Assembly (NCBI RefSeq): GCF_000002075.1
Contig: NW_004797702.1
Span: 453,487-517,486, forward strand
DNA: 64,000 nucleotides
Reading direction: 5' to 3'
From: Aplysia californica
Lineage: Eukaryota
Below the pieces are notes generated by a model. That model was not told where the DNA came from. It saw only the letters and a program-made list of their open reading frames with translations, and ran no database searches. Below, in pieces: positions 36,501 through 50,484 of this stretch. Positions within the stretch are counted from its first letter, which is position 1, and each line of letters starts with the position of its first letter. The translations under genes were made by a program, and so were the position numbers.

Positions 36501-39500
36501 AATTTTGATTGTAAAACAATAGGATAGTCATATGGTTTATGGGGGTGGGAACATAACTTAAGTCTTTTGCACTATTGTCCGTTTTTCATCCAATTGCTCA
36601 ACTGGGCAGATCAAGTCTATGCCTAAGTGCCCCCCCCCCCCCCCCCCCCCGCCCCCTTAAATCAGGAAAAACAAAAAGTAGGGAAATATTCCAGGTAGTG
36701 CAAGAAAATTCTTACCCTACTTCAGATTCTAACCTCAAACTTCCCCATTTTGGTCAAGTCTTCAGCTCACAGCCACCAGCTATGTTGCATCAGTATCAAT
36801 ACATGAACAGTAATGATGAAGAAGAAATTACATGATGTAATTTGTCATGAATGAAACCAAGGGGGGAGGGGGAGAGAGGGGGGATTTTTAAAAAACATAC
36901 ATGAATTTACATAGAAATCTTCTGATAAATGTGCCACAATTTCCGAGCCACAACCTAGGTAGTAGTATAATCAAATTTGTCAGTTCTGACACCTTCAACG
37001 ACATAAAGAACAAGTCAGGAACAAGGCTATACCCAAACAACCCCCAAACTGTTTCACGAACTCAAGCACATCATTGAAAAGGGGCAAGAAAAGAGTTAAA
37101 AAGATATAATTAATCAGCAGCAGAAAGGGAACATATGGTCACTGCACAGACAAAATACTTGGACAAGCAGATTGGGGGGAAAAATCAGATTATAATTAAA
37201 GACAACAGCTAAGAGTTCAAAGTGAACTGTGCATTTTGTACCTGAGCAATGTAGTCAAATATAGCTTTGTAATAGATTTTTAACATTTTCATATATATAA
37301 ATCAAATGAGAGATAATTTCACGTTTACAAGGCTGAGACTAAACGACTACAGATGGAATATGAGAATCCAGAAGATTGAAGACTGAGGAGAGATATTAAT
37401 GGTTCTCTTTTTTTTCTACTGCTGCTTCTTCCATTTGTCTATATTTTACTCATCAAGCCAGAGCTGCGACAGTTCTTTGTCAAAACAAGAAACTTTTTTC
37501 AGGTCCCGACTGAAGCGAAACAAAGCAAACAAATTAAGTCTTTTCAAGCAAAAAACATCTATACATACTACTCTTGACATCAAAAATTCCATGCTACAAT
37601 AAGTTATTACATTTTCTCTATTATTGTCGGGAAGTATAAAAAAGTAGGAAATTATTCCCCTGAGCACAGAGTACCAATAATAGCCCTAAAAATTTTAATC
37701 CAGACATTAAAGGGTGACGAAAATTCACTGCATGTATGAAAAAAAATCCAGGCAGAAATCGGAAAGTGGAATCCTAGATCCCTTTTGAAAGAAGTGAGAA
37801 TTTATTTTAATTCAAAAGGGGTAAGACACTACTACTCAAGTTGTAAGACTGAGATTTTGGAGATTGAATTTTACACATTGTAAGTAATCTAAGGGTCGTG
37901 GGACTTTCAAAGAAAATACAAAGGCAGAAGGCCTTTAAGCTTTCTACATAACCCTAAAGCTCAGAACCGGATTCAGATCTTGATGGCCTTTCCTGAATTC
38001 CATCGCGCCACATGAAAGGGAAGCAAATTATGAAAAACCTTAAAAATCAGAAGAAAAAAATGTTAAAGTCTATACATCCGTTTAAGGGTCATGAGAGAGG
38101 AAAATAATGTTATGATAGCCCCAGAAACACATTGCTATGGATATTTTGGTATCACACCAGAAGAAGACTATTCTTTACAGTGGAGAATCAAAACTTAACC
38201 TCAGTCTGTACTTGCTAATTAAAATTAAAAGTTAGCACACAGAAATCAAAGAGAGTGTAAACTCTGCTTAAAGGAGCGCTACTAATAGAGGTGCAGATGG
38301 AAAAAAAAATGTCAAAGATGAATCACTGGCATAATGCTAGTCAAAGCATACTGAAAATCTAAAAAAGCAGTGTCCACTTATTCTACTAGTCGGTTCAGGA
38401 AGATCAAGTTAACTCAAGAAAGACACACTAGCCAGTGCACCGTTGTCAAACTTGATCATTGATCCATAATTTGCTTAATCCAGACTCACTACACATGGCA
38501 GACACCTACCTCACAGCACTGTGAAAGCAAATAGTGGCAGCACAAACGTAAGGGTGGAGCTAGCAAATTCATCCCTTCATATGTCACATGGTCTCTTTCT
38601 AATTTGCAGTTTCCCCCAAAAATAAACATGCTTTATTTTGGACATTAAAATCGAGTTGAGCCAAAAAAAAGACCAATTTAGAGAAATATGGCCTGAAAAA
38701 CAACAGCCATTTTGAAGATTAGATCACACAAAATTGGACGGGAATTGTACAAGTGCTTTAAACAGACTTGAAAGCTTCAACAACTTCAGCCAAATCTTTG
38801 TTTATCAGTTTGTTTATGCACCTTAAAGAGAACTTAATTTTGTTTGTGTTATGAATGGCCAACAAGGTCAAACTACCTTTTCAATAATCATAGTTATTCT
38901 CAATACACTTCAGACTTTTTTGCAGACTACAGATACACAACAAAATCAGAGTCTACAGTTTTCTTTTTGCTCACATAAAAAAAAAACCCAAAAAAGCTGG
39001 GAATTCTGCTTACACAATAATAACTAGTGACCAGAAAAGCAATTTGAAGAAATAAATCAATAGTAAAAACTTGAACAGATATTGTCTAACAAAGATATAT
39101 CATCATCATCAGTCTGAAATGTGTTAGCTTTGTACATCTCATGAGCAAACAGTCATCCAAGAAGTCCACCAGCCCAAAAACACAATTTGAATGCACAGAA
39201 GTTTATAAAGAATATGAAAATAAATATAAAACATTTTGTGTTGTACAAAGTTCAAAACATTTTAAGCGAATGAGTATCAATATAAGCACACATGTTACAC
39301 TTCAAAGTTCAACAATAGGTAGCTATATAAACCTCTTACTCAGTAGGGTTAATCTTTCTCTCCCTCATTTATTTGGCAAAGCAATTCCATTTCCTGTGCA
39401 AACACAGCACATATCCCGCACCCCAAGCCTTGTTTCCTTTTGACACGATGAAAGAAAATACTCCTGTTAAAGGTAATGACAAAAAGCAAAGTCCCATATG

Positions 39501-42500
39501 TCAGATCTCGAAGAGGAAAAATAAAAAATACTTGAGCATAGAAAAAAACCCAACCCATCTTCTCTACATGCCTGAATTCAAATGTGTACCTGGGAATATT
39601 ACAAGAATAACACTGTAAACTTGAGAGTCCCTCCTTAAAGAGAAATAAATCATTGTAACAATAAATCTCTCACTTCTGCTAACACAACACTATGACTTTC
39701 CCTATTCCCTAAGGGCGGAGACATCTTAAGTTGTTCACTTCGGAAAGCGCATTATATTTATAAACATGTCTGAAAGTTCATTTACACTTTACATGTAACG
39801 TCAGACTTTAGGAAGAGAAATGGGTCATCCTATCCGAGAAAAAAAATCATTATATTGATCAAAAACGAGGAGAAAAGTGCACTGTAAAATAAAAGCCGAC
39901 ACAAGTCAAAATACAAATTCAAGAAACCCATGAGGCAATCCTTTTAGCATCCACAGAAAAAATACTGCTTTGCATAAAACTTGATATCACATACTTGGAA
40001 ACTGGCATCCAATAGTATGACTAGTTCATCATCCCGGATTTTCCTGTATTCACTATATTGCTGTTGCTTTTCATGAAATTGAACAGCCATTGCACGAAAA
40101 CCAATGAAATTGGCTGATAAATCTGTCCCTTTGGATATGGCAAATAGCTGCATCCCCTAGGAAATATGAGAGGATTACACTTTGCTGTTGAGACTGTCAT
40201 GTCCAACACACAGTAAATTTACTAAACAGTAATGGCTACCCACATCAAAGGTATGGTCTTGTCAACCACCGCCACTTCTAAAGCAGTTTGAACCATGTAA
40301 AGATGTGATCCTCTCAACTCAAAAAGGGTAATTGTGAAACAAATATATGATGGCAGCATCAAATTGGGTGTCAAAGAAAATCAGCATTCAAAAACAACGC
40401 AAGTCATCCAACAAAACCTATATTTTCATCATACTTGACTGTTTGATGAATGTTTGCCTTCTAGCAGCAATATTTCATGGAATTAAGAAATTGTTCATAC
40501 ATATAGAATTAAAGGGGGGGGAAAAAATATATATATACAATTCTTATTTAGTTATTCGCATTTTTTAAAGAGAATAAAAGACCTACTACCAAGTAAACTG
40601 TATCTGAAAGTGCATTAAAGTAGGAAGTACAAATGAGGGATATTACTGTACTTTAAGCGCAAAGCATAAGCTATTAGTATTAAGCTAGTTACCAGTTGAA
40701 AAGAAAGAAAAAAACCTGCAAAAATCTATTAAAAACTTTTATGCTATTGATAGACAGTTCAACATAGCGCATTATTTCATATGAAAAAATGATACAAACG
40801 AACACATACTATTTCATTGTTACAATACTAGTTGCAAACAACTTTGTATTTGTACCACAATACATCCCATTAATTTTTAAAAGTTATAAACAAAACAAAT
40901 CTAGTTCATTTGAAAGCTTCAAAACACAACTACAGTTTATCCAACTTCCAAACATCTAAGGCACACTTCATTTACTATTCGGCAGCCATCAAGCAGAAGC
41001 AAATTATTGCCGATCTTGAGAAAACTGCACATATTGCTGTTGTATCAAGTTACCTGTACAACAAAGGGAGGAAAAAAACCCCCAAAAAACTACAAGGTGT
41101 GGGACTTAAACTGATATTCCACACACTCTCGCCTTTCCCTGCACTTCTCTGCGGCATTTATTTTTGATTAACTTCCTAAGAAAACTAGTTGTGGCCATTA
41201 TTTCTTTTATTCTGCTATATAATTAGCAATCTGACGTGTTGCAAAATCCATCTTATAATAGCACAAGCAATTCTTTTGTAAAAATAGTTATACCAAACTC
41301 TAGAAATACCAATAACTAATCATTTAATAAGTTAAATACCACAGCTTTAGCAACACAAAGCATCATTAACCAACCAGCAGGAATTCTTATAAAAAGCCTT
41401 TAAAAGATCAATAAAAATGGTTTTCTATGATAGTGTTACTTGCACAATGTTACATTTCCCATAAAGTCACATAAACAGTCAAGTGAACACATGTATGACC
41501 TGTTTCAGGAGAAGACATATTGTCATCTCGTATTCATCACACGATCACATACCAGACAGCTGAGACATATACTCTTACCATGCAGCAATGCAAGGCCATT
41601 CACCACGCCACCACTATGCCTATACACATTCATAACTTGTTCCCCGTCCATACAAATTCACTTATGTCCCTCTCAAGTGAATGTTCACACTTACAATGTA
41701 ACTCTCATAGTAAAGACATGTTTACACAAAAAAACAATACTGATGATTCCACTACACTTCATTTTCAGAAGGAAAAAAATTACACGTATATAAACCACAA
41801 TATCTGAACAAAAGTAGTGCATTACACTCTCCTCCTTCAAAAACTCTTGCCACAGACAACAGGTCTCAAATCTGTGGACTTTCTCCCTCTTCACTAAACT
41901 GCCGAGTCGGAATCTACAGTATGAACATGAAGTCAACCACAGACACTCGGCAAGTTACCAAGCCAACCTGAACAAACTCTCTGGGTACTGTTTTAAAACA
42001 AGTTAACATTGACTTGCATAGGAAAAATACAGAAGCTTACCTTTTGTACAATACATAATTTGAAAACTAAAATGAAAACTGAATAACTGGTTTAGAAAGC
42101 AATTGAAAAGATGCATTTATGGGGGGGGGGGGGATTCTCTTCTGTGAAACATACTTGACTATTTCAGATTCTCTGGGACTATCTTCTGATCCCACCCAAA
42201 AGGTCAACATTGACACAAGACAAAAGTTGTGGATACATTTTTTTACAACTCAAAAGTCTTGGTCTCAAATGCAGGAAGAAAGACATACAGTCAACAATGG
42301 AAACACTTTGTTTTAACAAAATAGAATTCAGCCCAAGAGCACAAATTTCCATTAAAAAATCATTCAAACCGGAGGAAAAAAATTAACCTTATACAGAACT
42401 TCAAAATGTCGCTGAACTTACTGATTAAATCATACGATAAACCTCCGATATCATTTTTTAATTATAAAAAGTTCCACAGAAAGCTAAGCCAATCTTTCAC

Positions 42501-43037
42501 TTTATTCGGACAGATGACATTTACAAGATATGATCGAATTTAACAGAATAGCGAAGAACTGCCAGATAAATAGTTTGACAAAACAAAGCAGGAAGAACAA
42601 CAATACGACGGATGGTGTGCGCTGAAAAAGGTAGTTTTGCTTTGTCATTCACAACAAACCATTTGCTATTCCCAATAAGAAAAGGTACTTCTCACCAGAG
42701 TAACCACCATGCAGCACATTTAGGAGAATTTTAACAGGTACCTGACATCAGTAATATAAACCTATCGATCTTTGGTCTCCCTTCTTTCATCACTTTTTCC
42801 TACTGATTTGCAGGTGAACTGTGAACTGAATATATATACAAAACACAGTTCATACAAAACACAGTTCATAGCAGGCCAAAAAATTCATGTGCAGATTTGA
42901 CAGTGTTAGTGTAAAACATCCAAAGGTAGAAGAACAAATCTTGAGCAAATTTTCTTCAATCCTATAAACCTGAAAATACCGAAAAAGTATCTCTAAATGT
43001 GAGTCATGGCTAGCAGTAAAGTGATCAGCACAGCCTC

Positions 43038-43165
43038 TCAGAACAGAATGTCTTTGCCTTTTGTCTTGTCTGCCACAAAACTGGTGAAGCGTCTCAGAAA
43101 CTTGGGGTATTCCCTCTTGTAAACAGCTCTTAGGACAGATGCTGGTGCCCAGCCACCAGGATTGA
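43038..43165 (-). CDS. CERT1: Ceramide transfer protein, last coding exon (START C-terminus)
   Basis: CACAG| acceptor, phase 1. [42 protein letters not shown] is nearly identical to the human CERT C-terminus. Confidence 0.97.
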
Positions 43166-44106
43166 CTGTGACAGATAAACAGAGACACATGGAACATTCT
43201 AAATTTGCATTCCAACACTTGTTCAGTTTCTTAGAGGTAAAAAGAAGAACATCTACACAATAAAGCTTACTAAGTGTACGGGAAATTTATGGGACAAAAA
43301 AGTAACCACTATCAAGTTGGAAAATTGCTAAAAGGAACTTGAAATTTCTTTCTGATACATAGAATAAATTGTATTGTCAAAAATATTATCTCTCTTTATA
43401 AGAATCTATGTTCAACTCGCCTTTTCTCAGGAAGAAATTAACATGAAATCCATTGATTACCAACGGAATGAGCATTCTCTGGTGTAACAGCATGCAACTG
43501 AATATCTATATTCAGATGTACAAAATCTATGATATTTAATTCATTGTATAAACTCTACCCTTATTCATTCCTTTCTTCTTCTCCACCTTTCAGATAAAAG
43601 CTTTGCCTTCAAAAAGAACTAAATGGGCATTTAACTCAAACAAGGACAGAGGTTGAGAATTTATATGAATGGATCTGGTTTGGTTATTGTTTCAGGTAAG
43701 TTTTTTTTATAGCAAAATCGATGTCAGCCACTTTCTAAATAAAAGGAACAAAATAATTTCTTGTTATACATTCAGTTCTGTGCCAGCTGTAATTCATTTG
43801 CTTGAAAAGACAAAAGACAAGTACCCATACAAAAAATAAAACTGAAATTAAAACAATCAAACCACAAAATGCTTGAAGGGACCAGTCACTTCTGGTTTTC
43901 AACAAGTGATCTGTTGTAACAAATCCCAGGTCTTCTAAAACAGACAAACAATTGTCTGAGCGTAAGAAGTAAATCTACACGACTGAATTCAATTACTTAA
44001 ACCTATTATCAATGCCCTCGTGGAATATTACTGGTCATTCCATGAAAAATGAAACTACTTTGACATACGTAAGGCGGGGATGATGACCTGCTGAAAAAAA
44101 TCTTAA

Positions 44107-44787
44107 GGGGGGGGGGGGCTACACCTGAAGGCTATCTCGCTTATTACAGGACCGAATTTTACCAAATTTCACATATATAACAAGCATAGGACTCTTAAAA
44201 TCCGCAATCAAATTTGAGAAAAAAGTTTCCTTTCCATGGATAGGGCGGCCATATTGGATTTTGTTGGCGTGTTTTACATAATGAATACCGCACTTATCGC
44301 TAATGGAAATTGATTGTTTTTTGCATGCGTGTTAACAAACATTACATCTAAAAATTTGTCTGTTGTTTTTTTCCAAAACTAATTAGTAAATTTTTTATGA
44401 ATTTTTTCCTGAGGAAGCATTCAAGTTTGCAAAAAATCCATGAAAATCCACACTCCAGACACCACCAACAAAAATCTATTCCACATAAAAAAAATTCAAC
44501 ACACAAATTTTTAGTATTACATTTTCTCTTCATTCCGTGAAAATTTCATGAAGATTGGACGAAAAATGGGGGAGTTATTTTAAAAAGTATAGAGAAAAGT
44601 TGCGTTTTGAGAAAACCGCATAAAGAAAAATTAAATATTTACTTTATGAGGAAAAATATGTTTTTTGGGGGGTCTTATACAATGAAATAGTTGTAGGAGA
44701 GGCTGAGGAAGCTAAAAATGCCTACAACTCAAATTCCATAATATTGAGCTGAATCTTGACTTTGAGGGTGTAGCCCCCCCACCCCTC
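44107..44787. mobile_element. Non-autonomous TTAA-targeting MITE (Kolobok-like)
   Basis: TTAA|GGGGG..GCTACACC on the left and GGTGTAGCCCCCCC..|CTAA (degenerate TSD) on the right. Purine termini plus TTAA suggest Kolobok; the superfamily call is inference. Confidence 0.7.
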
Positions 44788-45174
44788 CTAACAGAAAAAG
44801 AGCCTGTTTTTGTTTTTGTTTTTTTCTTAGAGGAAGGTTGCCTCTTACAAAAATATAATAAAGTAAAGAATGGCTCCATCACAGCATATATTTTTTTTCA
44901 GCAGTTCATCTCTGCATTAGTTGTGTCACTACATTTTCCTGTTTCACGGAATGGCCCTTTCGTTCATTTTGACATTATTTGCGGGATGTTATACTTCTCT
45001 GAAGCCCATAGCAAGAGTAAAAAAGAAAACATGGAATCTGGAATGCAAACAAAGTTCACAACTTGAACCTCTTTCCACAGTTGTATTATCAAAATGCCCC
45101 ATTCACAGTTCTGTTACAAAATTTTGTAAGCCCATGTATGTCAGCACGAAAACAAGCCTATATATACTACTCAC

Positions 45175-45298
45175 CATCAGCTGTGTACGTTATTTTGCAT
45201 GTGATGTTGTCCCTTGATATTTCCCCATCGGCTGGTGGTTCTATGATCGTCTCACAGATAAGGGCCACATTCATGGTTATTCTCACATAGGTGTTTGG
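45175..45298 (-). CDS. CERT1: CERT START domain exon
   Basis: [46 protein letters not shown]| acceptor, G|GTGAGT donor. Confidence 0.95.
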
Positions 45299-45521
45299 CT
45301 GCAAAGCGATAAGAAATGGACTAAATCATTCAAGATTTTATTCCCATTCATATCTCAGCGCACAAGGGCCACAGAACTCAAAAACATTTTTCTTCGACCT
45401 GAACAAAGTTAATTAAGAGAACTTAAAAAAAAAAACAACATACTTTTAAGGGCATAGTCAAAATGACTTATTTTCAAGTCTCTTTCAACATTTTCTGCTC
45501 ATCTCTGTCCTGGAAAAAAAA

Positions 45522-45957
45522 TTGAGGCACCGTGGTGAAACCAGGCACTCGTCAAAATGATGAAATCAAAGAAAACTGCATCCCCTCCCATTAGGCAATT
45601 TTTATTGATTTTTTCTATTTCGGGCTCATCACCTTTCCGGTCCATTTAAGAGCACATTTATGTGTGGATTTTACCCAAAACCATTGATCAAAGACACAAA
45701 GAATGTAAATTTGCGGTTTCTAGGGACTCTCAAGCCTTGGAAGTCGCCAAACTTTCATGGCCATTTTCTCCCTAATTTTACCTCTGGTACCCGGCGACCC
45801 CTACTTCCATTAAGTGCAAAATACTCAACTTCTATTCAAGGTAGAAGGGTATTTTTTCATCATAAGCAAGACAAATGTACAAGCTTTAAGATGATATCAA
45901 TAACTCCATTTGCCAAAATACTGATGAGTACCTGATTCCACCAAGTCGTGACACAAA
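45522..45957. mobile_element. ~430-bp MITE family B copy
   Basis: Colinear with 53196-53636 and 58409-58828. Confidence 0.8.
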
Positions 45958-46198
45958 TAATTCTTCACTTTCTCTTTTTCTTTCTCCTCAATCTCCTCTT
46001 CATACCCCCTCGACAGTCCCTATAGCTTTTTTTCCATACCCTATTCTCTCCTTATTTTCCTTCACTTCCTTCTCATTCATATCTTTCTCCCCCTCCCTTT
46101 CAAAAAAGTCATTCAAAAGAAAATCGTTTAAAATGAGAATCATAATCTTTCAAAATCAATGCACATAAAAATAAGGCTTAAGAAAAGTTTCTCCTCAC

Positions 46199-46398
46199 TG
46201 GACAATCTGGGTGTTCACAGGAGTAGTTGACCACTATCCAGCTGTCGGGTCCCTCGTCATTGCTCTTGGACATGTGCCTGAGGTGCGACCAGAAGCAGGC
46301 ATCTCGCTGTGAGGCCGGCCACACTCTCTTTATCACATTGTTGCTGATGAACGTGTCATCCGACAGCCATTCCACCACTCGGCTGCTGTCTAGGGTTG
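46199..46398 (-). CDS. CERT1: CERT START domain exon
   Basis: ATLDSSRVVEWLSDDTFISNNVIKRVWPASQRDACFWSHLRHMSKSNDEGPDSWIVVNYSCEHPDCP contains the KRVWPASQRD signature. Canonical splice sites, phase 1 to 0. Confidence 0.96.
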
Positions 46399-47297
46399 CT
46401 GCAACACAGAGAAAGCAAATGCAAATTACATTCAACTCTGCTTCTATGTCACAGAAAGAATTTCATAGCAGGAGGTACATCCCACACCAGTCATGAGAGT
46501 CGGATAATCAGATTTCCTGCATTTATTGGATTTGAAACATATACTGAAAATGACATCATATACTGCACAGAGTAAAAAACAAACTTCATACAAATGCAAC
46601 AAACAAAAACAAGAAAACCCCACCCATTATTACCCAAATTACAGATACTTCTAGAACAATCACATGAGAACAACAAATCTTTCACAGTCTGATTTTGCAA
46701 CTCATGACGATATTTGCATGTTATAATAGCTCTAATTTTTTTTCTCACATTGCATAGACCAGAAAGAAATTATGACGACTTAAAGAAAATGAACTAAGCC
46801 AAATGGCTAGAACCCAAATGGCGGCTGGATCTGAAAAGTAAAAGAAAGTAAAAGAAAGAAAATGAAAGAAAGAAAATCAGCTGTGTGCCGAGTTAAGTAA
46901 GGGTTTGAAATCATAAGCTGCCTGAAGGCAAAGTGCCCTAAGAAGTAGGAAAAATGGTCACATGCGTAAAAATCAGTTGCACTGCAGGTTAAAGCACCAA
47001 CAGTTGACTGCCCCTCAGATTTAGGAGGGAATTGCAAAAAAAGAAAAGCAGCACTCAAAGCTATACAATGTATATATATGCATTTTGGAATATTTAGCTA
47101 CCATATAAATTACATCTCAAGTGATGTTATTTTGATGAGAAAAATATGACAACACTATCACAGATAGAGTGGATAGAATTCAAGCCCTGTAACCCGAAAG
47201 AGGCTACCGGTACTTACATCTGGTTCTCTTTTTCCAGCACATTAGAGACAATATAACATTTTCATGGAGACCATATCATGAAAGCAAAATTACAAAC

Positions 47298-47361
47298 CTT
47301 CCCATTCCATTCGTGTGTCAAAAGCCCAAAAGTACCGGCAGACTTCATGTCCTGTGATGCC
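47298..47361 (-). CDS. CERT1: CERT START domain exon
   Basis: GITGHEVCRYFWAFDTRMEWE (human [21 protein letters not shown]). TTCAG| acceptor, G|GTTTGT donor. Confidence 0.95.
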
Positions 47362-48011
47362 CTGAAGAAAAAGACAAAATTCAGTGACTGAGAAAGGCAA
47401 TCTACAATTAAGTGCTCTAAGTAGAGCAGACAGTGAAAAATGAGCCTATTTCTTTTCTTCTATTTAGTTCAAGTAAAAGTTTTAAGGCACAAGCAACACA
47501 ATTAGGTGAAATAAGTGCTGAAGACTAGAGGGTTTACAAAAGGGTAGCAAACAAAAAAAAAGGGAGCGAGGATGAATGATTTTTTGTAGAAAAGAAGGAG
47601 TAAACTACACCAGAGCACCCACCAACTACCCATCTTTTGTTCAGTCTTAACATGTTTACAAAAGCCACTTTTTAAAGAAACTTAAATTTTTCGCTTACTC
47701 CACCATCTACCCTGAAACACATAAGCCCAAATCTTTCACTTGTCAGTAAACCTGTTCAGTTAGTGTTTACAGGAAGTGAAACTGGTGACAGCATTCCCTG
47801 ATGTTTCCATTGTGTGATTACACCTATGAAGAGGTGGATCATTATCTATTTTACTTTTCTGAAAAAAAAAGACATCTGGACTACCCCTCCATCTTCTCAC
47901 AGCAGACACAAAATGCATTCTAAGAATCTGCACAATAACTGAGCAGAATGTGCTGCTCTCACTTCATTACACGATCTATAATTATAATACATCACATAAA
48001 TTGCCTTTTAC

Positions 48012-48179
48012 CTTCACAGTGCAAACAGCCTTCATTGGGTCGATAGGCACGCCATTTTCTTCCAGTTCCCTCTTAAACACTTTGAGGTCCCCTTGGTCCA
48101 CGATACACGTCCACCCATTCTTCTCCTCTGCTGGCTCAGTCAAAAGACGCCTCAAATGATTGTCAACAACTTCATTAAT
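48012..48179 (-). CDS. CERT1: CERT START domain, first exon
   Basis: INEVVDNHLRRLLTEPAEEKNGWTCIVDQGDLKVFKRELEENGVPIDPMKAVCTVK. Canonical sites, phase 0-0. Confidence 0.95.
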
Positions 48180-49266
48180 CTAAAAGGAAAGAGCAAATTC
48201 AATCTCAAATCTCAAAATCTGAAGTTCACAAACTGAAAAAAAAAAATGAAAACAATTATTTGAAACCAAGCATCATAACATCATCCTTAACAAGTACATT
48301 AACTAAGTAAGACAGTCCTTGACATCTAAACAAAAGCAGAAAGTAAAGTACAATGAAAATTCTTATTCATTAGAATAGGGTTGAACAGAAATGCTAAAAC
48401 TTCTACAATTAACTTTTTACAGATAATAATGCAGATAATTTCTATGGTGCTCACTCCAGTGCAAAACAGCTCTCTATGCTTTACAATGCCTTCATCTTAA
48501 CACAAAATACAATGAACATGCATACAAATATGCTCTTTTGATTAATGGTAACGCGCAAGTAGACATTCAGGTTATCATAGCCCATTCTATGACGATATGC
48601 AGATCACATTATGAACATGAGAGTACTATGAATATGATGAACTATCAAGATGGCATTTCGTTTAAGTTTTAGAAAGAGTTTACAGCACATCATAAAGTAT
48701 ATTTCTGAATCCCTCTATGTCTCTCTAAAACTTGCTCCAGTCCATCATTTCCAAGTTGAAAAAAAAACTACTTTAGAGTTACCGTTCGTGCACTTCAATA
48801 CGCTTATGTAGCTGTTTGGAGGAAAAGTTATTGCAGTTTTAGTGTGGATACTTAAATTTTTGGGTGTGGCTAGAGGCAGCCCAGGTGGGTGTGCCTTCTC
48901 AGGGAGGCAATTGAGGTGCAAATGGTTTAAATCCTGTGGGACAGTTCCAGACAAACGGAGAGAAATGAGAAAAGGACCTCCCAGCAAATTTTTGACCTCC
49001 CTTCCTATACTGGTCTCCTGATTTGAGAGATCTTCGTGGGATATACATTTGAGTGAAATTACTTAAATACGAAGGGGCTTTATTTTTTTACTTTGCATAC
49101 AAAACACTTTTACTTATTTTTCATCTATTTCAAACTAAATTTGAATTGTTACACAAGTAACCGACATCATGTTAATGCAAGATAATCCTCTTTTTAAAGA
49201 AGATAAAATCACTGAAGAGGAGGCATTGGATAATGACATCATACACAAATGAGAATCAAAACGTAC

Positions 49267-49341
49267 CTCTTTGTAATAATGGTGAGATGGAGCCAATGAT
49301 ATTGCATGGTCTGGTTTGCTCGGGGAGTCTGTGTTCTTTTT
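49267..49341 (-). CDS. CERT1: CERT middle-region exon preceding START
   Basis: KKNTDSPSKPDHAISLAPSHHYYKE. CTAG| acceptor, GAG|GTACGT donor, 75 nt, phase 0-0. Confidence 0.8.
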
Positions 49342-50240
49342 CTAGATAAAAATATACAGAAAAAACATGACAAAGTAACTAATGTAGGCATGGAGTTTGC
49401 ATGAACTTGACATGAGATATGATGTTTGGCCTAGTGAGGAATGACTTTTTGATTTACAAAACCATTTACTTTTTAGTGCCAAGGAAAATGCTGAAATCTG
49501 TTAACATTTCTGTACAATTTCAGACAAGTTTTTCTACTACAAAAGTATTCAAGCAAAACAAAACATTTTCAACATGGAACACCAAATTGAAGAGTTCTAA
49601 AACCTTCTTAATTCTTTGTGTATTTCCCTTGCAACAAATGAAAATGAAGAAAGAGCTTTTGCTCAACATGTGGAAATGAAAAAACAATTTCTATAAAAAA
49701 AAGTAACAGTATCTAGAAAAACAGACAAATGAAAATTAAATATAAAAAGGTCATAACAGAACCCAATCTGTGCAATTTTCTGCCAAGACACATTAGAATG
49801 TTCCTGAGAGAGCCACAAATTATGTAACAAAAATTTTGGGTAAAAAAATCTCTGATGTCACAGCAATTTTTGTAATTAATCTTTCCACATCGAGCATTTA
49901 TACTCTTAGCTAATACGAATTATTTACAACTCAAATTATAGCTCTTTCCTGTGTTGTAACTCATACAGTTTTGTGTCTAATGAAAAAAAAGAAAAATAAT
50001 CAACTGACAGATGCAGGTCACAAATGAAACATGAAAACTGCTAATTATTTGCAAGTCTTCAACAAACAGTGAAGATATAGCAAAAATACTAAATGAAAGT
50101 AGTTGGTGGGCATATTTTCTAAAATAACAGACAAGCACCCAAATCTTTATACATCGCTTGTGAAAGAAAAGTCCATGCAACATGACAACCATGGCAACAG
50201 AACATTTGCTTCAGGAATGTTTACTGTAAGATAGACTCAC

Positions 50241-50270
50241 TCTTTGGCAACTCGGGAGAACTTTGAGTAA
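50241..50270 (-). CDS. CERT1: Candidate 30/33-nt cassette microexon of CERT
   Basis: CTAAAC..CTTCTTTTCAAATGCAGCAG| acceptor (NAGNAG) and AGA|GTGAGT donor. Frame-preserving, encoding (Q)LLKVLPSCQR. No homology support. Confidence 0.4.
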
Positions 50271-50484
50271 CTGCTGCATTTGAAAAGAAGTTTAGTATCA
50301 TTATATAATTAACAAAGAAGAAGACAGTGCTATCTCAGATGACACAGTGCAATGTACACCCAACCCATCCTACTCAGGGTGATCGAAATAATTGCTGCAA
50401 TAGAGACATAAAATTGGTAAGCAACGAGTGTATTAATTAGACCTAAATCAAAAGGGGTCAGAAAAATCTTAAAAGTAAACAAAC

